Assembly (NCBI GenBank): GCA_022843305.1 | Contig: JALHNX010000003.1 | Location: 4,272 to 68,271, forward strand | Source of the DNA: Pyrinomonadaceae bacterium | Lineage (GTDB): Bacteria; Acidobacteriota; Blastocatellia; Pyrinomonadales; Pyrinomonadaceae | DNA: 64,000 nucleotides | Direction: 5' to 3' | Shown here: positions 62,228 through 64,000 of the stretch, in pieces | Layout of the letters: every line of letters begins with the position of its first letter | Position numbering within the stretch: position 1 is the first letter of the stretch | Program-made: the position numbers and the translations under genes | Notes under the pieces: model-generated | Told to the model about the DNA's origin: nothing | The model's database searches: none | The model's input: the letters and a program-made list of their open reading frames with translations, nothing else

Positions 62228-62311
62228 CAGTTGATAGTTGATAACTGATAGTGAATAGTTTTTATATTTTACTTTTCACTATCAACTTTCCACTATCAAC
62301 TTTTCACTATC
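62228..62311. repeat. Heptamer-unit hairpin in the rpsO-pnp intergenic region
   Basis: Left arm CAGTTGATAGTTGATAACTGATAGTGAATAG (62228-62258). Right arm CTTTTCACTATCAACTTTCCACTATCAACTTTTCACTATC (62272-62311). The ends pair and there is an internal bubble. Confidence 0.65.
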
Positions 62312-62576
62312 TTCTCAGTTTTAATTTCTCAATAATCGTGTGATATTCGTTAATATCTTTTCGTTTGAGATAATCAAGCAATTTTCTTCTGCGCGAGACC
62401 ATTTTTAATAAACCTCTGCGAGAATGATTATCTTTTTTGTGAATTTTAAAGTGTTCGGTCAATTCATTAATACGCTGTGTCAAAAGCGCGATCTGCACCT
62501 GTGACGAACCCGTATCCGATGTGTGTATTTTATAATCGCCAACGATTTTTTCTTTTAGTTCAGTAGCTGTTGCCAT
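62307..62576 (-). CDS. rpsO: 30S ribosomal protein S15
   Basis: 89 aa. [48 protein letters not shown]. Confidence 0.95.
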   Translation of the reverse strand: MATATELKEKIVGDYKIHTSDTGSSQVQIALLTQRINELTEHFKIHKKDNHSRRGLLKMVSRRRKLLDYLKRKDINEYHTIIEKLKLRR

Positions 62577-62729
62577 AAATATTATTTACTAAAAATAGCC
62601 TCTCCTTTTGCTCGCAGTAACTCCGTTAATCAAAAACGGTAACCACGAAAATTTTTATTTATCTTTTAAGTTGTTAGGTTAAAGACCTATTCAAATTAAC
62701 ACAATTAACCCGAAACAAGCAACGTTCGG

Positions 62730-64000
62730 CTAGTGTTTGAATTCTTCCATAAACTTTGTCGAAAAATCTCCCTTCTGAAATTTTTCGTCATTCATAATCT
62801 TTAGATGAAGCGGGATTGTCGTTTTAATGCCTTCGACGACCATTGCTTCGAGCGCACGGCGCATCCGCGCAATCGCCGATTCCCGCGTGCGGGCGTGAAC
62901 GATGAGCTTGGCAATCATCGAATCGTAAAAAGGCGGCACGACATAGCCCGGATAAACCGCCGTGTCAACGCGCACGCCGGGACCGCCGGGCAGATTCAAA
63001 GCCGTGATTTTCCCCGGTGAAGGCGTAAACTTTTCAGGGTCTTCGGCATTGATGCGGCATTCGATTGAATGACCGAAAAGCTGTAAATCATCTTGCCCGA
63101 AGCCGAGTTCTTCGCCCATCGCAACCCGAATCTGGTTGCGGACAATATCCACGAGCGTGACCATTTCCGTTACCGGATGTTCGACCTGCACACGCGTGTT
63201 CATTTCCATAAAATAGAAAGAACCGTCTTCGTCCAATAAAAATTCAAAAGTTCCCGCGTTCGTATAGCCGATTTCCCGACACGCTTTGACCGCCACCGCG
63301 CCCATTCGTTCGCGCTGTTCGGGCGTGATAACGGGCGAGGGTGCTTCTTCCAATAATTTCTGATGCCGCCGCTGAATCGAACATTCGCGCTCGAAAAGAT
63401 GAATGCAGTTTCCGTGTTCATCCGCCAAAACCTGAATTTCGATATGGCGCGGGCGTTCGATGTATCGTTCGATATAAACCGAACCGTTTTTGAAAGCCGC
63501 GAGTGCTTCCGTCTGCGCGAGTTCGAGATTCGTCGCCAGATCTTCTTCTTTGCGGACGATCCGCATTCCGCGTCCGCCGCCGCCCGCCGCCGCTTTGATG
63601 ATGACGGGAAAACCGATTTCTTTCGCTAATCTTATCGCTTCGTCAGCGTTTTCAATCGGCTCGGGCGAACCGGGCAAGATCGGTACTCCGGCGGCTTTCA
63701 TCGTCCGCCGCGCTTCGACCTTATCGCCCATCATGCCGATGACTTCCGGTCGCGGTCCGATGAATTTGATGTTGCAGTCTTCGCAGATCTTCGCAAAAGT
63801 TTCCGATTCCGCCAGAAAACCGTAGCCCGGATGAATCGCGTCAACGTTCGTGATCTCCGCTGCGCTGATGATCGCCGGAATGTTCAGATAGCTTTGCGCC
63901 GACGGCGGCGCGCCGATGCAGACGGCTTCGTCGGCAAAACGCACGTGCAGCGCCTCGCGGTCGGCTTCCGAATGCACGGCGACCGTCTTGATGCCCATTT
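62730..64000 (-). CDS. accC: Acetyl-CoA carboxylase biotin carboxylase subunit (N-terminus beyond the window edge)
   Basis: ATP-grasp motifs: [32 protein letters not shown]. The reading frame is open to base 64000. Confidence 0.95.
   Translation of the reverse strand, partial: MGIKTVAVHSEADREALHVRFADEAVCIGAPPSAQSYLNIPAIISAAEITNVDAIHPGYGFLAESETFAKICEDCNIKFIGPRPEVIGMMGDKVEARRTMKAAGVPILPGSPEPIENADEAIRLAKEIGFPVIIKAAAGGGGRGMRIVRKEEDLATNLELAQTEALAAFKNGSVYIERYIERPRHIEIQVLADEHGNCIHLFERECSIQRRHQKLLEEAPSPVITPEQRERMGAVAVKACREIGYTNAGTFEFLLDEDGSFYFMEMNTRVQVEHPVTEMVTLVDIVRNQIRVAMGEELGFGQDDLQLFGHSIECRINAEDPEKFTPSPGKITALNLPGGPGVRVDTAVYPGYVVPPFYDSMIAKLIVHARTRESAIARMRRALEAMVVEGIKTTIPLHLKIMNDEKFQKGDFSTKFMEEFKH

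Overview
A 64-kb chromosomal window of moderate GC content with about 60 CDS, mostly on the minus strand. I saw no rRNA, tRNA, CRISPR array, transposase, integrase or phage genes. The PEP-CTERM protein, single-chain GlyRS and many secreted TPR/peptidase proteins suggest an Acidobacteriota-like Gram-negative, but this is inference only. Housekeeping genes present are rpoD, aroB, glmM, moeA/moaC, uvrA, cca, glyQS, pnp, rpsO and accC. Between them lie several accessory blocks. (1) 2.5-10.7 kb: a cluster of exported proteins comprising an M48 peptidase, two caspases (one fused to an FGE-sulfatase domain), a small cationic peptide, a DUF4384 protein and a Ser/Thr kinase with a DUF4384 ectodomain. 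(2) 10.9-15.2 kb: an SGNH hydrolase / carbamoyltransferase::SxtJ / DUF5989 cluster. (3) 23.8-31.1 kb: a tightly packed minus-strand operon (Zn-ribbon membrane protein, YidD paralog, M48, VanX-like dipeptidase, SH3b, M23-vWA), with an untracked 58-aa 4x CxxCxGxG mini-protein further upstream. (4) 39.4-41.1 kb: an HprK-like kinase convergent with a protein that fuses a PqqD-like domain, an internal Tat-like signal and an 8-Cys tail. This is my best candidate for an undescribed system. (5) A minor-pilin operon and a DUF3368/UPF0175 toxin-antitoxin pair. At the DNA level the most distinctive feature is repeat structure. There are two families of palindromic intergenic elements, one copy with MITE hallmarks. 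There are also many locus-specific hairpins whose arms are degenerate 7-10 nt tandem repeats. The same repeat units appear in frame inside glmM, moeA, uvrA and a membrane glycosyltransferase-like gene. All function calls rest on motifs read by eye, and no database search was run.
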